A stretch of 56,321 nt of DNA, filler included, from Sluysia triapertura (taxonomy: Eukaryota), in assembly GCA_046118255.1 (NCBI GenBank). It is 4 parts of 4 records of this genome, joined end to end, with 100 filler letters (N's around TTAATTAATTAA, not from the genome) between each part and the next. Parts side by side here need not be neighbours in the genome. Positions count along the whole stretch, not along the records: positions 1 to 14,707 come from JBJNIA010251198.1; 3 more parts are not named here. One strand, 5' to 3'. Within the stretch, counting starts at the first letter, position 1, and each line of letters opens with the position of its first letter. Both the position numbers and the translations under genes were made by a program. The notes under the pieces were generated by a model. That model did not search any database and was not told where the DNA came from. It was given only the letters and a program-made list of their open reading frames with translations. This document shows, one piece after another, positions 1 to 12,592 of the stretch.

Positions 1-3000
1 TATCAGCGGAACCAAACGTAACAATTTATAATAATAGTTTATTATAATAGTTTATATGTTGAAGATTTTTTATTCTTATTAATTATTTATTTATTTTTGG
101 TCCTGTAATTTATGTGATATAAACTAAAGTTGTGCGATGTAAAGAGTGTTAGCGAATGACTTTTATATAGATATATGACTGTAAGAGGAAACAAAAGTAT
201 GGTATATGACTGAGACACCACATACTTTAATTATACTTAGGCATTACAACATATATAAATTTAACTTTACAATATAAGTATTAATTAAAACAACTAATTT
301 TTACGTTATCTGCCTCGAATTATTTACTAACACTTCCATAACAATAATACTAAGTAGATTCAAAATTATGTTATTTTTTTATACACAGATATTTTTCATA
401 AAATTATTAAACCAAAAATCTTTAAATTAAATTAATTAATTAATGTACTTTTAATTAAAAACCTTCTAATTTAAACATTTTTCAAATACATCGAATTAAC
501 AAGTATAGCTCATCATGATATTTTACTTTATTCTTATATATATTTACAAATTATCGTATTCACATGTACTTCATAATTGACTAAACTCAACAACAGCTTG
601 TATCAACAAAAAGAAAATCAACGACCAAATGAAGGTGCGTAAAGCATACAAAGATGAATAAGTTCATACAAAAGATCTACCTCGAAACATACTAAATCTT
701 CTAACCAATCACTCTTATGTAGTTTTTAATTTACCAAACTTCCCTTCATATAAAACTACAAAGACATATGATATGCACCCAAATAAATATAAAATATCTA
801 ACATTCTAATTCAGAATACCAACACTAATTCTTAAAAGGAAATAGGAATGCGCAACAATAAATCAATTATTTATCAACATGTAACCACATAAAGTTCAAC
901 TTATCGGAACGTATCCACTCGAGTAAAGTATCTACGTCCACAAAATCGACGCAAAAGTTATCCCTACTAAGTCTATTGTTTGGCCTACAAATCTGAAGGT
1001 ATTAAAACCATAAGCATTTCTTGTGGTGACAACCCAAGTATAGGTCAGGTAATTCACCAGCAATCTCAGATAGACACCAAATTATAATCAACATAAAATT
1101 CGTGACATGTCTCTTGATTGCAGCTGAAATTGCCAACCCAAAAGCAAAACCAGTATTCTGCATGGACTTTCTCACTACAAAAATGTATAGTTTATGTATA
1201 ACTCGCAACCCTTGCTAACTAATCGCAGTTTTGAACATGAAATAACCAACGGTGCATCATTTAAAATATAACATTAACTCCCAGGAGGCAGTGATTTCCC
1301 GACTGAGTTTAACATAACATATGAAGATGTTATGACAAATTCAATTGAGGCAAACTCCACAACTGTAGAAGGCTTACCATCTTAATGATATGTCAGTATA
1401 TCTATAAAAAACAAAATTAATTATTATCAATTAATTGAAATCATTAAAAATAAAGCATGTTATTCAAATTTAAAAAACAAATTATTATAAGTTAATTGAA
1501 TTTATTTTATGCGAAATAAAATGTAGTGAAAATAATAATTAGTTAAATTTAGATAAAAAATCATCAATATTAAAAATGAAATATGTTATTACTTTTAATT
1601 GGTGCCACAATATAAATAATAGTTTAAGATCATTTTTACGCAGAAGATGAGATGTTTTATTTGAAAAACATTGAAGGCATTTTCTGGCATAAAGAAATTA
1701 TTATACTGCTATAATATTGACTTTGGAAAACGTATCCTGTTTTAAATTATTTGGTAAACACATTCTGATATTAATTAGTCTACTGTTATATTTTTGAATT
1801 TAGTAATTATACTGCTGTAATTTTGAACTTGAGAAATGTACTTTGACAAAATTATTGGCGAAGATTTAGCTATAATCATCAAATTAACCTTGCGGTAGAG
1901 TTCGTAAGTTAATAATTATTAAGTTTTAAATCTTACTTACATAAGATAAGAGTTCCCATTTAAAATCATTAATTCTGCCTTGCTATTGTCTTAAGGCAGT
2001 CATAAAATATCATTTAAAGTTAATAATCCTAGCATGCACATAGATATGTGTGTTTAATTTGTTTTACGAAAGAGATAAAAAATTTAAAAAAGCTAAATTA
2101 TGGTTTATTAAAAATAAGCAGAAGTTTCTTTTTGATTAGAGTACAAATCCTCTAATTCTTTAACAAGTTAATCACATTAAATTTCGATTAAGTAACACAT
2201 AAAATGTCATAATTTTATTAAATCCTATAGATATCTCGTTATAATTGAGATAAAACGTAGACTATACTTTTTGTAAGGTAATTTTTTCGTAAAACTCTCG
2301 AAACGATTTGATAATGGATTTCTTGATTCGCAGCTACTATTTTCGTCATGCTTAGAATTACGTGTTTCATCAGTAATTTCAAGAAAACTACTTTCATCTA
2401 TTTGATACTGCTGAACAATTTCTTCACACGGAAATAAATTGACATCTTTTCAGTCTATCCAAAAATTTACGAAAACGAGTAGAAAATAGTTTATAATTTT
2501 CAGAATTATATCTAGTTATAATACAAATCTTTTTCAAAACGAAACCATAAGTTTCATAACCTCGAAGAGGTAATATAATTGTATTACCTTGTGACAAATG
2601 AATTTTAATTTTAGTTATGTTTAAATTATTTAAGTTTTAATATCTTTTATATTTGAAAGGTAACTTGTCACACTTGAGCAAACCTATACACAGTGATTAA
2701 CCAGTAATTCTTGTATAGCTTTTATTCCTTAACGTGTTAAAGCTACCTTTTCGAGTATTTGTGCTTTGCAATATTCTTAACATTTATCAATAGTTACTCT
2801 GCGACTTTGTTGTTTGCTATTAGTCGGGTTATAATATGCTGTATTGGGCATAATGAATGCAAACCCAAGAATCTAGGATTTAAATGGTTCCTGATTGAAA
2901 TAGGTAAAACAATATCTACCAAGTATTTATAATGACATTAAAGAAATAAAATGACAATGATAGCAAAATAATAGGAGAATAATAAAAAACAATAGAAAGG

Positions 3001-4164
3001 CCACGACAAAAACGATAATAATAATGCTTTAATTTTGTAACTTTAGGTTATTATGAAATTAGAAATGTAAATGTGTAAAAATATGTTATTGGTATTTTGA
3101 TTGCTGTATGTAATTTGTTACTTTTTAATTATGCTAGATTGAATTGAAATTTTATTGTTAATTTGTTTATGTTTTATAGTTGAGTTCATCACAATATCCA
3201 TAATGTTACCACGGAAATCTCAATGTAACCTAGACCAAAGCCAAATCGCGATAATATCCAATTCATAAATCGAAGTAGACTGTAGTCCAAAACGACTATA
3301 ATGGGAAAACTCAGAAATTGTGAAATTTTATTAATTATTGAAAGAAAGATTATTTGCTAAAAAATAATATCATTGATAAAACAGTATATAAGTATTAATA
3401 TTTTAACAATGTTGTGTGTGTGATAATTACTAACTGATTTTAACAATATTTACAAATTTACTAAAATTTCATTGGGGTTATTAAATGTGGTTTTGTAAGT
3501 ATTATACATTTATATCTTTATACTTTGTTCATCTATATCTTAATTTTTAATTGAGTATATTAAATTGAAATTTAAAAGATTTCTAAATATCATCGAGTGT
3601 GAATATACACTCTTAGTTGATTAATATCTAAAATTTATAAAGATAACAATATAGGGAGTATTAATTTTTAAGTACAATTTGTTGAACAAGGATCACAATA
3701 TAAAATAAAATACATTTTAAGTTTTCAAAATTTAACTTAAAATTGACTATAAATATAAAAATCAAAGGAAAACTAACATGACATTAAAGATAAACAAAAA
3801 TATTACTAATTATAAATATATTCAATTTTTATAAAGCTCTATAATTTTTCTATGAAATATCGACTTGTATTAATAAACTAATTTGAACTAGAAAATGAAA
3901 AATAACTCCGAAACTGTTGTTATATCAACCAATTAATCATATTTCGTAAAACATAACATTTAATTTATATAGAAGTAATGTCATTATTGACATACATTGA
4001 TTACGTCATATTTACAAAATGATTGATCATTGGTTAATTTAAATTTAGATTTTTCATAATTATTTTGAAATCCTTTAGGCAAAATGCATATTTATCTTAA
4101 ATTATTAAGTGATTAATGAAGTAATGCATTTAATAAAGTAATAGTAGTTTAAAAATTTCAGAAA

Positions 4165-4166
<2 letters not shown>

Positions 4167-4209
<43 letters not shown>

Positions 4210-4210
4210 T
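4167..4210. repeat. (AAT)n microsatellite; other long (AAT/ATT)n tracts at ~9613-9657, 15708-15733, 26320-26390, 39700-39773, 39955-40011, 40190-40231, 41915-41970, 46058-46135, 49888-49941
   Basis: Directly visible trinucleotide runs. Confidence 0.95.
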
Positions 4211-4683
4211 TTTTTGGAAATAATATGTTATTGAATAATATAATTATGAAACATTTATTTAGTGATAAGTTATGGTTTAATATTACTATGTATTGTTTAC
4301 AGAAGGTGATGTCGTTACTGACTTACCGCTATTTGATTGTTTATTAACATTTATTAAATGACAATTATAAAATTTAATTTTTATAAATTTACAACGGTTT
4401 TACTCGATAAATTAGGGAGGATGAAAAACAAACGAAGATAACATTATAGACATTAAAGGTTTTAATAGTTTAAGAGATTGAATCACAATAATTAGTCGTA
4501 GAATCAATAGTAACTTACAATCTGATCAGGCGAGATGTGACAAAAGCTGCAGGCTTGAATTGACAGGTTCGGTATGGCATCTTCTAGTCGTAGGTTTGAT
4601 TCGATGTCCAGTTCCATTTCACTTGTTTTATATATTAAATTAATTAGCTTTGTAATATTATAAATATATTAATTATAATATTA

Positions 4684-4890
4684 TGTTACATTAATCGACT
4701 TTAGCTGAGGCTTGAACCTTTTGATTACGCATAACTTCATGTACATCACACAAATATCCATTCGTAAATATAATTTAAACATTTCCGAAAGATAAGGAAC
4801 CATTTTCATACAACCAGCATTCTTTAGATCATATATTACTCTTAAAGGATTTTCAACATTTTGTAATTTCACACTGGTAACACATTTTAA
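4684..4890 (-). mobile_element. hAT transposase C-terminal dimerisation-domain relic
   Basis: Translation KMVPYLSEMFKLYL...VIKRFKPQLKS resembles the hAT motif FP.L..L.KLYLT.P...ERSFS.LKRIKT.LRSTM, with the ERSFS part lost. Confidence 0.4.
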
Positions 4891-5681
4891 CATAAAAAAT
4901 AAATTTATAAATACATTGTAAAATCTAAATATTATCACAAAATTATTTGTATTGTCATAGCTGTGTTGCAAATACAGATATTATGATCTGCTAATTTTTT
5001 TAATTCTGAATGCTGTGTTGCGTTTTAAATTTCTACAATTCTTCTTTTATATATTTTCATCTTCAATTTCATAAATTAACATATTTTCACAAATAATAGC
5101 TCTGACGATTTCGCAGTATTACTTCTCAGACTTAGTTAAATAAAGTACTTAAAAATTTAATTAATATTTATGTGATCTTCTCTATTTACTCGATATATTT
5201 TTAAAGTTGAATATGAATTATAACTTCTTCTATTGCGTAAAAGTTATTATAAATAGTTAAGCGCATGGCTATATGAAAAAATATTGATTTAATGTGATAT
5301 GTGTTTAATAAAGTTATAAATAATTTATAATGTAAAACTAATTAATAACATTAAACATTATTTTGAAAGTAGTAATTTGATTTGGCTTGCCAGACTTAAT
5401 TACATCTTTCAGCCTATGTAAACTCAATAATATTTCATATATTTCGACTGTGTGCAGCTTATTGATGTGTAATATTATAAAAATTGTATTTGTATTTCAT
5501 GTGTATTGTTTGAACATTTGATATGTGGGAGTTTGTTTAATATTTTATTTATGAGGATTATATTATTTGTTTGTAATTTTAATTGTAATAATTATAATAA
5601 ATAATGTTATTAATTGCGTGATATTGTATTTAAACTGATGTATCGTATTCTTGAAATCCTTAAGTAAAAATTAGAAATCAT

Positions 5682-5951
5682 GATAGACAAAGGGTCATAT
5701 ATGGCTATTTAAATGGCAATAGTGTTGCAGAAATTGGAGTTAGTAGCATTATTACGGTATGCAATAAAACTGGCTAAGTTCTGGCCAAACGTCGTGGAGG
5801 AGATAGTACACCAAAATTAACAATCTCTCAAAAGGCTAAAATAAAAGAATGGATCGATGAGGATTGCTCAGTTCCATTGATAAAACTGAAACAGAGGTAC
5901 ATGAATGATTTTGGAATATCGGTCTCTTAAGCGACAATAAATCGCACAATA
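5682..5951 (+). mobile_element. Tc1/IS630-like transposase N-terminal HTH relic
   Basis: Frame reads DRQRVIYGYLNGNSVAEI...KTG*VLAKRRGGDSTPKLT...IKEWIDEDCSVPLIKLKQ...FGISVS*ATINRTI, with the KRRGG linker and VS..TI.R helix typical of this family; two in-frame stops. Confidence 0.65.
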
Positions 5952-7917
5952 TTCCTGTCACCGTAATTTTTGAAATTTTAAATTTATTTTAAATACTATA
6001 TTAATTTTATTTTTAAGTTGACGAAATTTCTTGCAAGAATGATGAAATGGCCTGAAAATTGGTGTATACTGCCGCAGAATCACACAATAAAATAATTAAG
6101 AAAGAAAAAAAATTTAAGATTGATCTTAATATTTAACTTGCTATTGATTATTATTATCTTTTCTGTATTTTGTTTTGCAATTTATTCTTGATTTCACAGG
6201 TTTTCTATAAAAACTTTGTATCACTTCACTGATTTCGTCGAATTGTACCAAAACTTAATAGAAATTTTGTTTTTGAATAAAATATGGCGCTATAATCGCA
6301 CGTTTATTTTATTTCACTGTTAATATAGTTATATTGTCACTTCTAATATTATATTTTCACTAATAAAAAAGCATGAACAAAAACTTCCGCATATTTATAT
6401 ACATCATTGTCGACAAAAAGCCTTCTAACTCCTTGAATTGTGCTTTTGATTAGTTAATCGTTTTGTGTACGGATCATATTGATAATTCGATACATTAGGG
6501 TTAGTGATGATAGTGGGCTCTAGGTGCAATCTTTTAACACAATATAGATCATGCAGTCACATCTAATTTAGGAGATGCACATTTTAACTGGCCAAGTGTT
6601 CTTTATGTAAAGTGTAAATGAGCAATATACAGTACTAAGAAAAACCCTTCTCGTACCCGAGAAATAATTAAGACCAATATATAAAACTCTTTATTGGTAG
6701 GATCAGAAATTAAATGTGAGCGACCATAATAAGCTAACAAATCATAATCATCAGCTATAAATTTATCTTCAATGAGTTCATCATGTAGTACGCCTCCTCT
6801 TGAATATGAATGATTTTCTGAAAATGTGAGACCTAGTATTTGTAATAAAATTTAATGGGCATTCACTCTTAGTTCATTAATCGTCTTACATATCTCAAAC
6901 TTGTAATCTCTTAGAAATAAAATTTTAAAATTACGATCTAGTTCTACATTATTTAACATATAAATTGCATTCTTTAGAGTTTTAATATCTATTTCATCAT
7001 CCTAGTTTCACCTCTCCTTTATAAAATGTTTCGATACAAAACAACTTAAACAATAACAATTATTTTCTTAATTAATATTGTTACGTTAAAAGTTTATAAA
7101 ATATACCTAAAAAAATATTAATAATAATAATAGTAATAATAATAATTTGACTTTGTTTTAGTCACTTTTTGAATTTAGAAACTTGAAAACATTAAATTTA
7201 ATTTACATTAATTAATCAACAAAAATTAATATTTAATAAAGTGAAACAAAACATGTAGTATAGTGACTTATTTAGTTTTAAATTATTATTTCATTTTACA
7301 CTATAAATTAAAACAAATTTAAATTAAAATATTAGATAAAATGGAATGCTTGTATATTATTAATTTCTAATAAGATAAATTAAATGAAATAGAATTATAA
7401 ATTAAATACAATTCTTTGAATTTTAGTTCATGGTCATTTACATAGTTACATATAAAGTTACGTTATAATTCATACTTTTAATACTATTTTATTCACACTT
7501 TTATATTATTTTGGATTATTGCTTAAAAGATTCTAACTGTTCCAACTTATTAATATATTCGTTAGTTTTTTATTATAAGATTAGCCTATTTTAATAGATT
7601 TTAAGATCGCACTTAAATTTAAATTAAATTAAATAGAATTTAAAATTGTCCCTTTTAAATTGGTGATGTAAAGTTATTTCAAAATATATCTACGAAGATT
7701 ATACATTAATCTGTTAAAATAATAGTTATTAATTATTTTGATTTGTCATTACACGAACGTAAAATCCACGTAATTTACTAAAGAAATTTTATTATACGGT
7801 AAAAAATCTGTCTTAAATTATCATCTAGTAAACTTTGACTAATTATTTTCATAACTTCATAAAGCAAAATATTATGCAAGTGTTTTCTTGAAAAATTAAA
7901 AAAATCTTAACATTAAT

Positions 7918-8780
7918 TGCAAATTATCTGAGGAGTCGGTATACCTAATATATACGCTTTATACCACTGTTGGAGACGCATTATTTGGATTTTATAACTT
8001 GAAATTAGGAAGTTTTTGCTTATATCTTAAATCTAACTTAAGCTAAAATGAAATTAAATTAGTTAATGAAACATGACAAATATAAAATAACAATTAATTT
8101 TAATTTCAAATTTTACAAATTACACAACCCTTTTATTAAGGTGTTGTTGGAAAATAGATATTTTACTTCGTAAGTTTATTTAATAAGTTCCACAACCCTT
8201 TTGTTAAGATGTTGTTTAGAAAACGAAACTAATACTTTAAAAAATAAAATAAGTAAATCAAACTTATTCAATATATCAGTATCGTACAAGTGTACAGGAA
8301 AAATATGAACAGAGATACAAATGTAATAATATTAATGATTTTGCAATAATTCAATTTTAAATTGATTATTCTCGGATTTTAAGTATAAATTACCCAACCC
8401 TCTTTAAGGTGTTGATACGAAACAATATTAAAATTTTAAGTGTAATTTAGCATTCCCAATTGAAGATGAATACGAAAACTTAATAACAAAAAAATTACTC
8501 TTTAGACATGGATCTTCAAATATATTTTTTGGTTATTTCTTTAAATGGTAGAACGCTTCTGATAACTAAAATTTCTTCGCAACTTCTTACTAATATTATT
8601 GTGCTAATATCCGTGTTTTCAAATTCTTGCTCTATTTATATTAAACTGCATCGGCCATTTTAACTTATCTAAATACTTTATTTTAATTTTTAAATAATTA
8701 ATTATTTCTTTTTTTCCTGACCTAAATAATTTCTAAATAAAATAATTTTAAATAATTTACCTTTTTTAAACAAAATTATA
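7918..8780 (-). mobile_element. Dispersed repeat copy A; possible LTR plus primer-binding-site junction of an LTR retroelement
   Basis: 7918-8000 aligns to 16105-16188 with ~10 mismatches and one indel; three CAACCC-N-TTAAGGTGTTG motifs at 8125, 8193, 8395; minus strand reads ...CCAACA-G-TGGTATAAAGCG, like an LTR 3' end followed by a TGG-initiated PBS. Boundaries approximate. Confidence 0.55.
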
Positions 8781-9609
8781 TTTTTATATATTTTTTATTT
8801 TCTAAGATTAATATTTAACATTTATAATATTAATATATTTATAATAATAATATAATAAAAATAATAATATTAAAACTTTTGTAATATTCACAAATATGTA
8901 CGCAAATAAAGGCATAATAAAGACATAAAACGTAAATTCTGACAATTTTTACATTCACATTACCCTACAAAAATAGTTTTAATCCATAGATCATTGATCA
9001 CATAAAACAATTACTAACCCCCATTAATTATTCTTTTGTTTTCTACTTACAACTTAGTGTGTAAGACTAAGATTGTAAGGGACTCATGTGAATTACATTT
9101 CTAAAAAGCGATCACACACGCAAGAATTTTCCACAATAGTGATAATAATAATACTATAATGGCTGATTGTTAAAATTTTATTTTTTAGATTATATAAGGT
9201 AGGGGCTAAAATGTATTCTAATGTATTAATAATTTTTAGAACGATTGTTCTGAAGTAATAGCTAGTGCTGTTAAAATTAGTGCAGACAGTGACTGGATTA
9301 TGATAAGGTGAAACGTATTGAATATTTTGTAGGTGAATGTGTTTATTGTGCGTTTATGCAGTAATAAACTCGTTGGGAATGGTTTAAACCACTCCAGAGA
9401 GGTGCACTGATAGGTCATAAGTCATTTATTATAGGCGAATCTGTTGAGCCTCTCGCAATGTGCTGAGCTATAAGTAATAAGTTTTTTAAAAACACCAGAT
9501 ACTTAGATAAATATACAAATCTTCTTTATGTGAAGTTTTGAAACATTTCCTACACAATTACAACCAGTCCATTGTATTACCCACTTGTTACTAAAACTAT
9601 ATACCATGC

Positions 9610-9612
<3 letters not shown>

Positions 9613-9657
<45 letters not shown>

Positions 9658-9775
9658 GCTTTTAGTTTATTCTATTGTTAGACTTCATAAAATGGACTGC
9701 CCGGGGATCAAACCCGGGACCTTCGTTGCGCAGTTCTAATGCTCTACCACTGAGCTATTAGCCATGTCTAACAAT
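9613..9775 (-). mobile_element. tRNA-derived SINE-like unit / pseudo-tRNA (tRNA-like part 9693-9764) with (TAA)n tail
   Basis: Minus strand has A-box TAGCTCAGTGG, D-stem GCTC/GAGC, T-stem CCGGG/CCCGG with loop TTTGATC; anticodon stem unpaired and acceptor stem poor. A degenerate related piece lies at ~11166-11212 (+). Confidence 0.75.
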
Positions 9776-11491
9776 TTCAGATTGTTGTAGTCAATATACC
9801 ATCATGACACTTTAGGCCTTTTACCCCAACAGTATGCAATAAAAATAAACAAAATAATACATTATTATATTAAGCGATAATAAATTGATAATAATTTATT
9901 TGAATAGTGAGTAATCTGCTGTGATTTTTTATTACCCTACAAAATAATTTTGAAGAGCCTGTTTACAGTGCACGACTTATGACGTAGAGTGAGCAAAAAA
10001 TGTCAAATCTTAACTGCTAGATTACTTTTAATCCTTCATCATTGGATTTAACCTATACACTTTGACTTATGAATATTTACCTTAGCGGTGGATCGCATTA
10101 CAAAAGTTGCTTAGCTTATGCAATCAACGAGCCTAATATACTATTAACAAAAACGTACATTATTAATACTTTTATTGAACTCACAAAGATAAATTATACA
10201 ATCACGATTTAGAGCATGTCGGAATAAAAAAGTGAAGATTATAAAAAATAATAAAAATGTATATATTTAAAATCAAAGCATTTCATGTCGTTCATTTTTT
10301 AACTTTTATGATTTTAATAAGTAATTTTTTACGTCATTAAATGCGTGTTAAAACATATTAGTAAAGATATTGAGTAGATTTTATTATTTATATTATAACG
10401 AGGAAAAAACTTCTTTAAAATTAACATAACTGATTAATTTTAATCAATAATACCTTTTGAAATTCGCTTTTAAATAAGGTTTTAAATAATCCATAGTAGT
10501 TGGAATTAAAAAGTGTTTGTTTCTGCGACTGACAGTACAATCAAATAGTGATAATGACGAATTGTTAAAGATAATTGTTAAAACTTAATTTTTATTTTTT
10601 CAGATCTGGAAATGTGTTCTCAATTGTCTTTACATATTTATGAAAGTTTAATTCATTATTTACTATCACTTGGATAAATATGTCAAAAAAAAATTTTAAA
10701 ATTACTACTGGCCATAATTTAGCAGCACAGTATTTATATTTCACTGGTAAAGATATGGAAATAAATTTTTACATTTTATTTGAAGAAATATGTTTTTTGT
10801 TATTAATCCATTATTAGAAAAAAATTTCTTTGAGCAGATGTTTCTTACTGTTGCTAGTAAAAAAGCATTTATTTCGTAAAATTTATTTAAATAATTTGGG
10901 TATCCAGCTAAATAAATTACATTATGGAAATATGTATACCTACGTTGTGCACATAATATACTTATAAACATTTTCAGCTTAACAATAAGATTTATTACAA
11001 TATTGATAGCAACGTATGGAATCACTGTTTTGAATTTGTTACGTTTATTTGTTAATAATAATAACAATAATGATAATAATAAAAAAATATAATAATAATA
11101 ATAATGATAATAATAATAATAAACTTATACTGAATATAATCATGTAAACAGTAATTATATTACTAGTCCCGGATTCGATTTTAGGTCAATAAATTTTCTT
11201 AGGTCTAAGACATTAAATTTCTATTGTTAATATTTACTTTTAAATTGAGATTAGATATTTTTGTTTGGCCAGTTTTATTTTGTTTATTATTTTGGTAAAT
11301 ATTCTATAAGTTGTATTTATATTAGTACTGTATGTCACTCGGAGTGATATTCAAAGCATTTAGCTTTTATCAATAATTAAAATTAAATAAGAAAGGTTTA
11401 GCACTTCTCGCAAATATCAACGGTAATATAGATGTCACTGAATAGAATTAGTAATGAATAAATTTCAGAAATGCTTTATTTTCTTATTTTC

Positions 11492-12240
11492 AGATTCCAT
11501 CGAATTTTTAATCACATCTATTGTTGGCTACAGAGAAAACGGCACATTAATAATATGCCCAACAGTCTTTATATTCTTTTATTTCACGAAGAATATCTTT
11601 TGACATCATTCGACAAATGAAACTGCAATATGATGATACATCGGTACACTTTGTACAATGCGCGATTTTATTTTACGTTCTGAAGTCGCCCAATGATTTA
11701 AATCTTTCATTTCTAAATTTGTGATTTCGTTTTGCAACACGATACATCCTGAATCTAATCTTAATATAGTTTTTTCAATATTTCAACAGTTATACACCAC
11801 CACATTCTATCATTGATTTAGAAATTATACTTCTTCTTCATCTTTATCTCGTAAAAAACGAAAAAGTATAATGCAATTATCAAATATTACATCTAATTCA
11901 AGATCATCTAATTATTTCGTTCCAAATCGCAAATTTTCGTCAATAAAAGTTGATAAATATTCAGGTGATCTAGAATTTAGTTTTACTAAAAGTTCGAAAT
12001 CAGTATATGGTTTCCCACTCATCTATAAATTCTCAATAAATTCTATTACAAATATTCAATACACATTACAATTTTACCACATCTTGTATACACCGTAACA
12101 CCTAAAATAAAGTTATAAATATACTTAATCACACTAGCATTACGTTTAATCCGTCAATATCAACTCTTTCATATGCATTAACTTCATATCATTATTGTAT
12201 TTTTCCATTTATATGACTATCTATTATCTTTTGAAAATAA
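11492..12240 (-). pseudogene. CUL3: Cullin-3 pseudogene relic with large internal deletions, stops and frameshifts
   Basis: [53 protein letters not shown] matches CUL3 [27 protein letters not shown]...ILDKAMVLFRFMQEKD. Also SIISKSMIECG (NMISKLKTECG), RVDIDGLNVM (RVPNGLKTM) and PTIDVIKNSME (PVVIKKRIE), in collinear order. Confidence 0.8.
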
Positions 12241-12592
12241 TTATATTTCTTTGGACTCTTTATGTTTTTATGTTTGTTTTAATGGGGCTTCGATTTATGT
12301 TTTGCGAGTAATATATTTATGATTTTAACACCTACATAATTATTTATACTTTGAAAATGTATGAATTTGATTTTTATATTTCTTCGTCATATTTTATATA
12401 TGTGTGAAATATACCAAGGTTTAATAGATCGAATTGTTAACTATTTTAGTGTACCATTTATTTTTAAATTTCATTTCGAATTTTCCGAGGTATTATCAAG
12501 TAATTTTTTGTAATTATCAAATTTTTTTTTATAATTATCAATAAAAATGTTTTAGTTTACGAAGATACTTTTTCTCTTTGTACTTTAATCGT

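Noticed and set aside
1002-1208. NRAMP-like peptide (IIWCLSEIA) in the first ORF
   Set aside because: Match is too short, there is no exon structure, and another frame looks equally like a decayed transposon protein.
8118-8425. CRISPR-like array (palindromic ~35-bp repeats ending in GAAA)
   Set aside because: Only three degenerate units with very unequal spacing, eukaryotic context and no cas genes; kept as a motif array instead.
9693-9764. Functional tRNA gene
   Set aside because: Anticodon stem unpaired, acceptor stem has three mismatches, T-loop is TTT rather than TTC.
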